Shown one piece after another: positions 32,178 through 47,686 of a DNA stretch of 64,000 nt. The stretch lies in NCBI RefSeq assembly GCF_009914755.1, contig NC_060944.1, one strand, 5' to 3'. Both the position numbers and the translations under genes were made by a program. The notes beneath the pieces are model-generated. The model was not told the DNA's origin and made no database searches. It worked only from the letters and a program-made list of their open reading frames with translations. Each line of letters opens with the position of its first letter. Positions within the stretch are counted from its first letter, which is position 1. The stretch comes from the human T2T-CHM13v2.0 reference genome, Homo sapiens.

Positions 32178-32553
32178 TGCTATAGACTATGTTTATGTCC
32201 CCTAAAATTCGTATGTTGAAACCTAATCCCCAATATGATAGCAGTTGGAGATGGGGCCTCTGGGAGGTGATTAAGTCCTGGGGGTGGGGTTCCTCATGAG
32301 TGGATGAGTGCCTTTATGAAAGAAACCCCAGAGAGGTCCCTCGCTCCTTCTGCTGTGAGAGACAGAGTGAAAAGAGGGCCTTTTATCAGCCAGGAAACAG
32401 GCCCTCACCAGACACCAAATCTGCCAGTATGCTGACACAGGACTTCCCAGCCTCCAGAACTAGGAGAAATAACTTCTGTTGTTTACAAGATACCCAGTTG
32501 ATGGTATTTTGTTATAGCAGGCCATGTTATAGCAGGCCAAACAGACTAAGACA
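32178..32553 (+). mobile_element. MLT1A-like MaLR solo LTR
   Basis: tgctatagact...ggacttcccagcctccagaact...gactaagaca; internal 15-bp duplication tgttatagcaggcca. Confidence 0.85.
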
Positions 32554-32652
32554 CTCTAACTTTCAATATAGCCCTGTTTTGTCTGCTAACAATTGTCTTC
32601 CAAAGTTTAAAATTAACAAATCAGTAATGATTCGCATATATAAAATCATACC

Positions 32653-32969
<317 letters not shown>

Positions 32970-33027
32970 TATCCCATCTGTCTATGTAAAAAAGCTTGGG
33001 TGCAGTGTAGAAATGTTTATAGAGTGA

Positions 33028-33371
<344 letters not shown>

Positions 33372-34042
33372 ACTTCTAGCTTTCTATACCACCGAAATGT
33401 TTCAAACGTGTATACGCATTTCTTTTACGTTTAACTTTAATTAAATAAACATCCCAATACAATTCAAATATTACAAATACCTAGTTATGTACAAGCTAAA
33501 AAACCCTGACTAAATTTATATCCTTCCTTATATACCTATTAAGTAATAAAGTAAAAAAAAAAATTATTCTTCAGGTACTTTCAAACACTTATGGAAATGA
33601 TTTTTTTAATTCCTATTCTCAAGTAGCTATTACTTTGCCTGTTAATTGCCCTGAAAATATGTGAAAAGTCTGTGATACTGGGCTTCCAGGAGATACACTA
33701 ATTCCCCAAAAGCCTGCTTTTAACTTTAATCGAGAAAGAATCTGTAACTCCAGAACCAGAAGTGGCTTCCAGGGCTGGGCAGCAGAATCGGCCAGCCCAG
33801 CATGCCCAGCTACAGACCCCACAGGTTCATGTTAGTGGAAACGTTGAATAACTATAACCTGAAATGATCAGAAATGACAAACGCTTTTGAGGAAAGATCA
33901 ATTACAGCTGTATGTAAACATCTTTTAGCCTTGCTTTCTTCTAGAGCAAGCCTCTCAGTGGAGCTTAGGAGCCTACGACAGCTATATCTGTAGCCCTTCC
34001 CCACCCCTGGGATCCACCATCCTAATCAAAACCTCTGCAGGA

Positions 34043-34356
34043 TCTGGCGAGGTGGCTCACACCTGTAATCCCAGCACTTTGGGAAGCCAAGGCAGGCAGA
34101 TCACCTGAGGTCAGGAGTTTGAGACCAGCCTGGCCAACATGGTGAAACCCTGTCTCTACTAAAGATACAAAAATTAGCAGAGCGTGGTGGCAGGCACCTA
34201 TAATCCCAGCTACTCGGGAGGCTGAGGCAGGAGAATGGCGTGAACCCGGGAGGTGGAGTTTGCAGTGAGCCAAGATCGCGCCTGGGCGACAGAGTGAGAC
34301 TCCGTCTCAAAACAAACAAACAAACAAACAAAAACAAACAAACAAAAAAAAACAAG
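34043..34356 (+). mobile_element. Alu with small right-arm deletion and (CAAA)n tail
   Basis: Alu consensus. Confidence 0.9.
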
Positions 34357-35635
34357 AACGTTCTCAGTCTCTTTGGGAGCTGATTCCAACAGGATCTGAG
34401 CCCTGCAGGAAGTCTTTCCTTCTCCCCTTCCACTCTCCTCCATTTTAGCTTAAGTCAGTGTTAATTTAAAGCTACTTTCTAACAGGACACATAACATCCC
34501 CCAGAGTCCTACTCAGGGAGGACCAGTTTAGAAGTGGGGTACTCACTAACACCTCTCGATTGTGGGCCAGACAAACATCTGGGGAGTGAGCTGAGATAAC
34601 TGCATTCCCTCCCAAAACAAAGTGATATACAACAAGGTTACTTAACATTCTGGCTTCTGTTCAAAGAAATCACCCCGTAACACACAAGATAGAGGATTTC
34701 AGGGGCTTGCATCTCACTGCTGTTAACAGCCTGAGTTAGGGTCTCAATAACTGCAGGTCAGGCCAGCAGCAGAAAACACAACCTCGTTAAGGTGGATGAA
34801 TGAACAGATACATTAGACGCGAGCTGGATAAAATGCTGGAAAGGTAGAAAGGGCGGGGAGGGGATCCTGTCTCAGGAGTCTGTTGTGTTTTCTCCTTTGG
34901 GTGACAAGAAACCAAAGGGGCAGAGCCCACACCTTTCCCTGCCTCAAATGCCCATGTGAGGGACTCAGGCCAGAAACCATCCGTGAAAGGGCTTTTTCAT
35001 CATTTCTTGGCCAGCAATAAACCACCTGTGACAAGTTTTTAAAGTTTTCTCTTTGTACCTGGGATGCTGTGCTTGGGAAATAAGCCAGATCACGCTCAGT
35101 AGCCTTGAATTCTTGTCAAAAGCAGGATACATACCAATCATCAGAGCACGTATGATACGAGGCGGGAATGTGACATCTGATAAAAGGGGTTATTTGGTGG
35201 CATTCAATAAGATAAATACTTAAGCTCACAAAGAGTCACCGGTCAGCCCTAATCCAGCCTTTCAAAATTATAAATCTATCCACAGACACACGGTTTTCTT
35301 CACTCAATACGAAAATACATTCAAATGCACCAGGCAGTGGTTGCAGGTTCAAATGCCGACAGGCGTTGGGAGAGAAGCAGACAGGCATAGGGCAGGGCCA
35401 TGTGGGGGTCAGAAGAAAACTGAGGCAGCAGCTGCCCAGCTTGGCCAACCACTGCCAGGTAGAAGTTGGGCCTACTATTTCCAGACCTGATCTTTCTTGA
35501 GAAAAACTAATTTTGATATAAAATCAAGTGATTTTTAAATACTGCTTCAATTTTTTTTTTAACATAGCATGAAACAAACAAAACACAGCCTGCTAGGAAT
35601 CAGCGGAAGAGACAGTGGCATAAAAGGTCACTTCT

Positions 35636-36006
<371 letters not shown>

Positions 36007-36067
36007 TTAAGAAGAAAGAACAGCATCATCTTCCTAAAATGTGATCATTAAGAAATGATTATTTATA

Positions 36068-36589
<522 letters not shown>

Positions 36590-37350
36590 CTAATATCACA
36601 TGGGACAGAGCTTTTGCCTCTATGGCCCATGGATAAGCTAACACCAAGGGAGGCACATCTGACAGTTTCCTACAGTGTCTGTAAAACACTGTCCAGCCCT
36701 GCTCAAACAGCCCCCGCTGTCTTCTTCTGAACAACCACAATCCTGTTTTGAGACCCCACTTCGGTGGTTAATCAATAATACTGATGGAAGAATTCCCCTA
36801 TAGTTCCTAACCTCTGTTCTTTGACCTTACCCCTTGGGTCCAAGGTCATGGCAACGTGGTGGTAAAACTCCAACACCCTCCTAAATCTTTCTGCTTCACA
36901 CTCCAAGCTCATTCATGCACACATCTGAATGCTGTCATTGTCTGGACCTGAGGCTGAGGCTCAGGCTATACCCAGGCATGGAGGGGAACTGCATACATCT
37001 TATGGTTCACCAAGAATGTGCTCATAAAAAAACAAACCAACCAACCTCGTAGCCGCAGAAGGACCGCGAGATTGCCTGCCCTCCCCGGCACCATGTACTT
37101 GAGCTCTCCAGCAGGTTTTACACTCACGTTCAGCAACAAGGTTAAGACGAGGCAAAAGGAGACAAACGGGACCTTTTACACACATGGTCAAAGATGTGCA
37201 GAGAGAACGTGGAAGGCAATGCATCGTGGCATGATTTATGATAGCCAAAAGGGGGAAACCTCCTAAGTGGTAAGCTTGGGAGATAGAACAAATACTCTGT
37301 GGTGTACGTACGCAGAAGAATATTGTATAGCCATTAAAAATCCTCTTATT

Positions 37351-37645
37351 GGCCCAATGCAGTGCTTATGCCTGTAATTCCAGCACTCTGGGAGGCTGAG
37401 GCAGGACAGTTGCTTGAGTTTGGAGTTTGAGATTGGCCTGGTCAACATAGCAAGACCCCCATTGCTACAATAAAATACAAAAATTATCCAGGTGTGGTGG
37501 TGTGCGCCTCTCATCCCAGCTACTTGGAAGGCTGAGGCGGGAGGACCGCTTGAGGCCAGGAGGTCAAGGCTGCAGTGAGCCAAGACTGCACCACTGTATT
37601 CCAGCCTGGGCAATACAGCAAGATCCTATCTCAAAAAAATAAGCA
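37351..37645 (+). mobile_element. Alu (J-type) within an old L1M fragment
   Basis: Alu consensus. Confidence 0.88.
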
Positions 37646-38433
37646 AAACACATTAAAAAAGAAAGAAATTCTGTGACTTGCAGCAACATAGGTGGAACTG
37701 GAAGTTGCTAAGTGAAACATGCTCATTTTAATTTTCCTTTCTAAGGGATGAATCCTAATGAGGTGGGTGGTAAAGGCAAGATACTCAGAAGGTAGGCTGC
37801 CAGGGTCTGGCAGAAAAAGGCTTATTTTCACCAAGCTCGGAAGCTTCCCCAGATGAGAAAAGAGGGAAGGGACCAAAGAATAAAAATAAAAAATAAAAAT
37901 TCCACTGCACTTGGAAGATGCAGAGTGTCTGAACATTACCTCCAAACAGGGCACCCTGTTTGGCTAAAAATAGCCAGAGACTGTGGTACTTCATCCAGTA
38001 TCAGCCCTGAGTCTCCCACACACAGGCATCTTCACTCTCTGGAGCACTTCAGGAGTTTACAAAGCACTTTCAAGCCATCATCCCCTGGGGAGGAAAGTGG
38101 TATTGTGGGTTGCATAGTCCAGACTCTAGGCATGGGCTGTCTGGTTTTAATCTTGCCAGCTATGCGACCATGGGAACTTTCCTTAGCCAACTTACACTTC
38201 ATCTACAAAATGGGCACAATCATTGTGACTCTATCATAAGAGGGGCTCATAGCCCAGGGCCTGGCACAGAGCAGGTATTCAATAGGTGATCATTTCTCAC
38301 TGCCGTCAGTACCACTGTTATCACCATTACTACCTCATCTTTAGCAAGGACCTGTGAGGTCAATGGCCCTAGTCCCTCTTTACCTTTGAGGAGGCTGAGG
38401 TGCAGCAATGATTTGCTTAAAATCGCACAGCTA

Positions 38434-38732
38434 GGCCGGGTGCAGTAGTTCACGCCTGTAATCCCAGCACTGTGGGAGGCCAAGGCGGGCAGATCACTTG
38501 AGGTCAGGAGCTCGAGACCAGCCTGGCCAACATGGTGAAACCCTGTCTCTACTAAAAATTCAAAATTAGCCGGGCGTGGTGGTGGATGCCTGTAGTCCCA
38601 GCTACTTGGGAGATGAGGCAAGAGAATTGCTTGTACCTGGGAGGCGGAGGTTGAAGTGAGCCAAGATCGTACCACCGCACTCCAGCCTGGGCAGCAGAGC
38701 GAGAATCCGTCTCAAAAAAAAAAAAAAAAAAA
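38434..38732 (+). mobile_element. Alu (S-type)
   Basis: TSD aaaatcrcacagct. Confidence 0.92.
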
Positions 38733-39055
38733 TCACACAGCTGATTGAATTGAAAGTTACAAGTTAAACATGGCCAGCAATTGCACTGCAGAAGCAGGGA
38801 AGGCCAATGTGATGCCCTCACCTTCCATGAAAGTGAGTAGACAGGGTCTTGAAATACAGACATGCATTTATGCCACTGGGAGGCTACAGGAACCCACGGC
38901 AGATGTTTCAGTAAAACTCAGCCCTCGCTGAGGTCACAGTGCAATGATATTCCATGTCCTGGCACATTTGTAAAAACTGAGCTACTAAAAGCAAAGTGTA
39001 AAGCTGCATCTGTAATTTACAGTTGTGCTTTTAAATTTTAAAAAATACTTTAATA

Positions 39056-39394
<339 letters not shown>

Positions 39395-39696
39395 CTAATA
39401 CATGCAAAGAATTATCTCTGCAAGTATACTCAGATATTAATAACAGCGGGTGTCACAGAGGAAGAAGCCTGGGAGAATGGAAGTCAGGGAAGGAGAGCAA
39501 CAGGCTTCTCACTCTGTGCCATGAGCATGTGCTAGCCATGCAGACACTCTGCATGTTACCTAGAACTGCTGATTCATTGCTCTGGAATTATTCAGCTATT
39601 CAAGGCCCAGTGAAATACAGCAAGCAGCTTTCATTCATACACACACATGTGCATCCATGTGCACACACATACTAACATGGCACACAGGAAAATACA

Positions 39697-39728
<32 letters not shown>

Positions 39729-39783
39729 GTATACCTGAACACAAGCATAAGTCCTACAGAAATGTGAAAGTCATATGACTTTC

Positions 39784-39855
39784 TTTTTTTTAAATTTTTT
39801 TTTTGAGACAGTCTCGCTCTGTTGCCCAGGCTCGAGTGCAGTGGTGCAATCTCGG
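39784..39855 (-). mobile_element. 5'-truncated Alu (~70 bp) with 19-bp TSD
   Basis: gaaagtcatatgactttct / gaaagccatatgactttct. Confidence 0.88.
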
Positions 39856-39943
39856 AAAGCCATATGACTTTCTAAAGGAAGTTACTTAATTCACCCTCCT
39901 TCCTGTTTAATTATATGTACTACAGCATGATTCTGTACTGGTC

Positions 39944-39959
39944 CTCTCTCTCTCTCTCC

Positions 39960-39994
<35 letters not shown>

Positions 39995-40312
39995 CACACA
40001 CACACAAAGTAAATATTATTTTATATATTTATATATTATGTCAATATTTAAATTATTATTTACATAATATATATTTACATAATATATTATATAATATATA
40101 TTTACATTATATATTATATAATATATATTTACATTATATATTATATAATATATATTTACATTATATATTATATAATATATATTTACATTATATATATTTC
40201 TTTACATATTTATAATATGTAAATATTTACATATTATAAATATGCATATCATATATTATATAAATACACATAAAATAAAATAAATATATATGTATATTTA
40301 AATATGCATACA
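39944..40312. repeat. (CT)n(AT)n(AC)n run followed by AT-rich 27-bp minisatellite and 40-bp palindrome
   Basis: unit tatttacattatatattatataatata, about 4.5 copies at 40072-40195. Confidence 0.9.
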
Positions 40313-40472
40313 TTTAGAAGGAGTCTGAGAAAATCTATACCAGAACATAAACAGTAGTAGTTATCGCCAGGTGGCAAGAATCACAGGTTATTTTTTATCT
40401 TCTTTTTGATTCTACAATTTCTCCCTTTTCTGTAGTGAAGACATTAGTACTTGTGATTTTAAAACCTTTTTT

Positions 40473-40746
40473 GGCCAGGAGTGGTGGCTCACGCTTGTAA
40501 TCCTAGCACTTTGGGAGGCTGAGGTGAGTGGATCATTTGAGGTTAGGAGTTTGAGACCAGCCTGGCCAGCATGGTGAAACCCTGTCTCTACTAAAAATAT
40601 AAAAATTAACCAGGCATGGTGGTGGGCACCTGTAGTCCCAGCTACTCAGGAGGCTGAGGCAGAAGAATGGTTTGAACCCGGGAGGCAGAGATTGCAGTGA
40701 GCCAAGATCACACCACTGGGCGACAGAGCAAGACTCTGTCTCAAAA
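40473..40746 (+). mobile_element. Alu (S-type)
   Basis: Alu consensus. Confidence 0.9.
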
Positions 40747-41652
40747 GCGCCTGGCCAAAAAAAGAAAAAAAGTTTTTTAAATATGAAAAATTCATGGAAA
40801 AGACAAGTGAATGAGCCATGGACAGAGCTGATCCTAGCTGCTTACAGGACAGCACCTCCTGGCTCAAACCAAGAAACAAAGGCTTGGAAAGTTGCATTAT
40901 CACCAAGGCCCCCACTGCCACTCCCCACCACCCACTCTCGACACTGTGGAACATCCTGGAAATGGTGGGATGCTGTCAGGGCTGAGGCCTGCTCGCTCCA
41001 GCATCTGAGCAGTGCTCCGCTCCTCCGGGTCCGACTGTATCTATTTCATTTCCTCCGTGACTTACTGTACGGTGGCAGGGAGGGCCCAGCGCCCCCAGGC
41101 TGTAATCGATAGCTGAATAAAGACACTTCAAGGTTCCCCAACTGGAATGTGCACAGGAAACAAATTTAGGAAATCCTGCTTTCTGTTACAGGAAATGAAT
41201 CCTACGCCAACTGGTAGAAATTACTCCAGCAGCTCTCAAGTAAAATGCATACTGGTTTCTACACATGTTCCATAAACTGACCTTGCCTAGGCTAGCAATG
41301 TTTTATTGATATTGAATTTCAAAGGCACGATTCTAGAGCCAGCCAAGTCTATGCAGAATCCTACAGGGACTTGGAAACAGTACAGCTTTCTGAAAGATTT
41401 CACCTGAACTAGATTTAGCCTCCTCTGAGCCTCATGAGGCATTTATATAAACCTATTTGTATTTGGCAGTAGGCGGCCTCTGAAGTAGTTTTTAGAAGGC
41501 TGATCAGGAAGACATTAACAATGACTATACCTTTAGTAAGATTATGGGCTACTTTTTACTTTTCTAATCAATGCATTCATGTGTTCTACTATAGACATAA
41601 AATAACTGTGCAATACAAAATAATAAAAGTTGTAAAAAAAAAACCACAGCAA

Positions 41653-42031
<379 letters not shown>

Positions 42032-42330
42032 TCAGAATCTTAGAAAAACAAGACAAATCTGATTTCAAGTGCAATTCATCCACAGAAGAGATAAAGTACC
42101 ATTCACTTTGAGAAAAAGCGGCCGAGAAGTGCAAAGCATTCCATGAAAGATTTATCCTCATGGAAAAATCTTTGCACAGCCCTAAAACAAATACACCAAA
42201 GTCCAGTGGGAGCAGAGGAGTGGGCAACGGGCATTAAAGCCTCCAGAGATGCCAACAGGAGCATCAGGGGCCTCAGGCAGGACTTGCTTCTCAGATCATC
42301 AGCATCTGGAGCTTGCTCAAATTTGAATTC

Positions 42331-42863
<533 letters not shown>

Positions 42864-43403
42864 TCACTTACTATGGCACAAGTCCAAGTAGATCAGGACA
42901 ATCACCCAAACCTACCCTCCCTCCCCCTCTCTCTTTCTGCACACAATTCCCATCTCAGAAGGTAGCCACGGGTGTGCAACATTTTTCACTCCTAAAAAGC
43001 CTGGTTCAAATGTCAACAGTCACGGATGAACTGGGTTTTATAGCTTGAGCTATTCCACAAACACCCTGCAGGCTGGAAGGAGGAGTCTCCCAGGTGACAA
43101 ATTCCACTGCCCAAAAAAGGGAGAAAGAAGCACCAGGACACAGAAGATGACACTCAAGCGTTCTTCCATTTGTGAACTTTGGGAAAGATGTTCATTGTGC
43201 CATCCCCCAACCGCCAGGAACCGCAGGCTCACTGATACTTGCAAATTGGTCCAGAACTTTAGGAGCCCCATTCTTCCTAAAATGGGTTAAAAAAAAAATT
43301 GGGATTCCTCCCAATGTTGGTACAAGAGTTAAATGTTTAAAAAAAAAAAAAATTCTGGGAAGCACTCTGGCCATAGTTACCATGAGCCTTATGCTCATTT
43401 AAA

Positions 43404-43573
43404 GCCGGGCATGGTGGCACACGCCTGTAGTCCTGACTACTCAGGAGGCTGAGGTGGGAGGATGGCTCATACCCACGAGTTCAGGGCTGCAGTGAGCCAT
43501 GATTGCACCTATCAAGAGCCGCTGCACTACTCCAGCCTGGGCAACATAGCAAGACCCCATCTCTAAAAATAAA
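43404..43573 (+). mobile_element. FAM (fossil Alu monomer, 7SL-derived)
   Basis: monomer retains the 7SL segment gattgcacctatcaagagccgctgcact absent from dimeric Alu. Confidence 0.75.
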
Positions 43574-44131
43574 ATACTCATTCAATTTGACCCACAAGAT
43601 ATACTGACTGCCTACTTGGTCTTCACAACAGCCCCACTGTGGGGGTTCCATGGCACAGATCTGGAGGCACAGCAAGCATAAGTAACTGCCCAAGTGTGGA
43701 GCTGGATCCCAGGAGTAAGCCACACACTATACTGTGTCACACAAGCCTCCTCCCTAGGGGCCTGGGGCTGTCTTGTTAGCACTAATATCACAGTGTTAGT
43801 CTACTCAAAAGTATCTCTTGAATTCATAAACCCAATCACGCCACTTCTAGAATTATAAGGTGTAAGGATGTTCATTGCAAAATACTTATAAATATCATTG
43901 CTAAAAATTAGGAATAACCTAAGTTCCTACAGTATGAGAAGTTCCAATTATGAGAATAGTTAGGATATTAGGGTATATGCATAGGTAGCAATTCTTAAAG
44001 AATGCTTTCAATAATATTCAAGATGATTAGAAAACAGAAATGATAAAATAGTAAGTGAAAAAAGGAGGATACAAACTATATCAATAGGAAAATTCACGTT
44101 TTAAAAAGTAAATTAAAAGATATTGAAAGGT

Positions 44132-44270
44132 GGCCGGGCGCTGTGGCTCACACCTAAAATCCCAGCACTCTGGGAGATGGAGCCGGGAAGATCGTGCCAC
44201 TGCACTCCAACCTGAGTGACAGAGCAAAACAAAAACAAACAAACAACACCTCAACAACAAAAAGAAAAAC
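44132..44270 (+). mobile_element. Alu with large internal deletion (left start joined to right end)
   Basis: cccagcactctgggaga...agatcgtgccactgcactcca. Confidence 0.8.
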
Positions 44271-44274
44271 AGAC

Positions 44275-45445
44275 AAAGTGAAAATGGATAAAGGATATGG
44301 ATAGACATTTTTCCAAAGATAAACAAATGGCCAATAAGCATACGAAAAGACGCTCAACATCAGGGGCCATCCGGAAAATACAAATCAAAACCACAATGAG
44401 ATACCGCTCCACACTGACTAGAACGTCCAGAATCCAAACAACTAACAGTAACAAGGATTGACCGAGATGTGGAGAAACGGAAACTGTCATACGTTGCTGG
44501 TAGATACGTAAAATAGCGCAGCCACTTTTGGAAAACAGACAGACAGCTCCTCAAAAGGTTAACTATAGAGTCACCATATGACATTGCCAACCCACTCCTA
44601 GGTATATACCCAAGAGAAACAGAAATCTACACCCACTCAAATACTTGTACACAATTGTCCATAGCAGCATTATCTATATAGACAAAAAAAAAAATCCAAA
44701 TGTGCATTAATTGATGAATGGATAAATAAAATGTAATATATCCATAAACAGATTATTATTCAGTGATAAAAAGGAATGAAGCATTGATGAGTGAATATGC
44801 ATGGATGAATCTTGAAAACATCACACTAAGTAAAACAGGCCAATCACAAAAGGCCACCTATTGTATGGTTCCAGATGTTTGGAGTGTCTGTCATAGGCAA
44901 ATCTATAGAGGTAGAAAGTAGATTAGTGGGTGCTTTAGGGCTGGAGGAATGAGGAAGACAAGGGAGTACAGCAGGAAAGTGGGTATAGAATTTCCTTTGG
45001 GGTGATAAAAATATCCTAATTTGATTGTGATGATGGTTGCAAAAAAAAAAAAAATCCCAAAATATACTAACTATATTAAGAAGCCATACTCACCAACGCA
45101 GTGACTCACGCCTGTAATCCCAACACTGTGGGAGGCCAAGGCCGGTGGATCACCTGAGGTCAGGAGTTCAAGACCAGCTTGGCCAACATGGTGAAACCCC
45201 ATCTCTACTAAAAATACAAAAAATTAGCCGGGCATGGTGGTGGGTACCTGTAATCCCAGCTATTCAGGAGGCTGAGGCAGGAGAATCGCTCGAACCCCAG
45301 AGTGGGTGGTTGTAGTGAGCCGAGACCACGCCACTGCACTCCAGCCTGGGCAAAAGAGTGAGACTGTATCTCGGGGAAAAAAATAAAATAAAAAAGTCAT
45401 ACTTTAAATAGGTAGACTGTATGGAATGTGGAGTTCATCTTAATT
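44275..45445 (+). mobile_element. L1M (L1MB/ME-like) ORF2 end and 3' UTR, interrupted by Alu 45090-45394
   Basis: caaatcaaaaccacaatgagatac...ccactcctaggtatatacccaagagaa...gatggttgca. Confidence 0.85.
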
Positions 45446-45757
45446 AAGATCTTAATTATTTACATCTTTTTTAAAGTATGTGGTTTAAATGGGACCTTGT
45501 GCCCTGTTATGCTGGCCTTTTGAGTTACAAAACAAAATCTCTAACTTTCCTAATTCAGACTATACCTCAAGTCCAAGGCTATTCTTTTTAGAGGAAAGGC
45601 GTTTCTTTCTTGTATTTGAAAATGTGTTTCCCAGCAGCCCTGCATCATCCTGGCTCCTGTCTGCCCTGACACATTGCTTCCTTAGAAAACGCCTAATTCC
45701 AGCACAGAGAAAACAAGCAGGGCCTCCCCATGCCTTGCTGCACCTGCCCAGGTTTAC

Positions 45758-45970
45758 CTCATCGGGGCTGGATGCCTGGTATACGCGGCAGGAGTCTTCG
45801 TACTGCTTCTCGGCCTCAGCCTGATCAGTCACACCGTTGGACTCATACACGGGAGTCACGTTGTGGCAGAGCGCGATGGCCTTCACGGCTTCGTGCACGC
45901 GGCTGCTCATGGTCCGCCGGACCTTAGTGGTGAGCGTTGGGCCCTTCTGAGCCGGTGGGTCCTGGGATTG
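45758..45970 (-). CDS. ATP9A: ATP9A coding exon (~14), 213 nt: QSQDPPAQK...YQASSPDE
   Basis: acceptor ctgtag, donor GAG|gtaaa; ALCHNV and SSPDE N-domain motifs. Confidence 0.97.
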
Positions 45971-46317
45971 CTACAGGAAGGAGAAATGAACAAGGAAGAT
46001 GACCAGAGGCAGGAATGATTTGGAGAGTGGAAGAACAGCCGTGCAGCTATTGTTTCTTTTTTCTACTGTTCCAACACACAGAACCCTTAGATATATCTAC
46101 AATGATGCTGCAAATAAATGACATGCAATTTTCAGGGTTTGTCATTTATGCTCGGCAAAAAAAAAAGAAAAAGAGACAGAGGAAAAAAAATACAATTTAA
46201 TGAACGAGAACGATTCTACCTGCAGATTGAGTGAATCTATCCTCCCTGGGGTGGTGTCGGGGGCTTTTGACAGAATGAGGACCCCACTGCACTGAAAGGG
46301 ATCCCGGTAGTTCAGAG

Positions 46318-46494
46318 CAGGGCTTCCCCACTTGGGTACTCCTATGTTGGGGGACATTATATAGGGTGTTCAGCAGCATCCCTGTCCTCCAGCCACCAGA
46401 TGCGCTGGACGCCAGCAGCACTCCCCTAGTTGTGACAAGATATGTCACCAAATGTCCAACAGAGGCCAAAATCACCCTCGGCTTAGAACCACTG
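46318..46494 (-). mobile_element. MER20
   Basis: cagcagcatccctg...gttgtgacaa...aaaatcaccc...agaaccactg. Confidence 0.75.
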
Positions 46495-47008
46495 TTTAAG
46501 CTCACAATCTTCTTGGTTTACAACAGAAGGCAACAACCTCATCTGGTACCATATGCAAGTAACAACCATCAGCAACAAGCAATCCAGGGCAGTCCAGCAA
46601 GGCGTCAGGAACAGCCAGAGGAAACCTTGGCCGGATGGGACTCACTGCAAAACGGCACCTGGCTCCCCACTGAAGCTAGACTTTCGGGTGTAATGGTAAC
46701 TGTGCTCAAGTTTTGCCTTGCAGGCTGACTTTAGACCCCAGCTCTTGCCTGAGAGGCAGCTCCATGGCATACAACTGGCCTTCTCCATCCCTTCCTTTCC
46801 AACTGGCAACACAGCTCAGCCCCTGAAAGGCCAGGAATGGGTTAAGTCTTGGAAAAATGGTTTTGAGCAACATGGTAAAAAGAGCACTGAAGGGTAACCA
46901 AAGCTAAGCCTTATTCTTGGATGGGTGGCAAGCAGCTAGGACACCTGCAGCAAGTGGTGTCTGTCCTCTGAGGCTGTTTCCTGTCAACGAGAGGAGTGGC
47001 CGGGCACG

Positions 47009-47184
47009 GTGGCTCACGCCTGTAATACCAGCACTTTGGGAGGCCAAGGCGGGTGGATCACTTGAGGTCAGGAGTTCAAGACCAGCCTGCCGAACATGGT
47101 AAAACCCTGTCTCTACAAAAATACAAAAATTAGCTGGGTGTGGTGGCACTGTAATCCCAGCTACTCGGGAGGCTGAGGCAGGAG
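47009..47184 (+). mobile_element. Alu, 3' part deleted
   Basis: stops abruptly at gaggcaggaga. Confidence 0.88.
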
Positions 47185-47336
47185 AGGAGTGAACTAGAGG
47201 TGGTTTTCAATCCATGCTCCACACTGAGCCCCAGGAATCCTAAGAAATCCGCTCAGCACCACCAACTGCAGCAGGATGGGAGATGCAGCCTGCAGCTCCG
47301 TTCCTCTGTCACACATCGGGTGCCACCTATGCTTCC

Positions 47337-47686
<350 letters not shown>

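Noticed and set aside
40072-40195. CRISPR-like regular repeats
   Set aside because: No unique spacers or cas genes; a eukaryotic AT minisatellite
43404-43573. Possible 7SL RNA gene
   Set aside because: Lacks most of the S domain and is diverged with an A-tail; fits FAM
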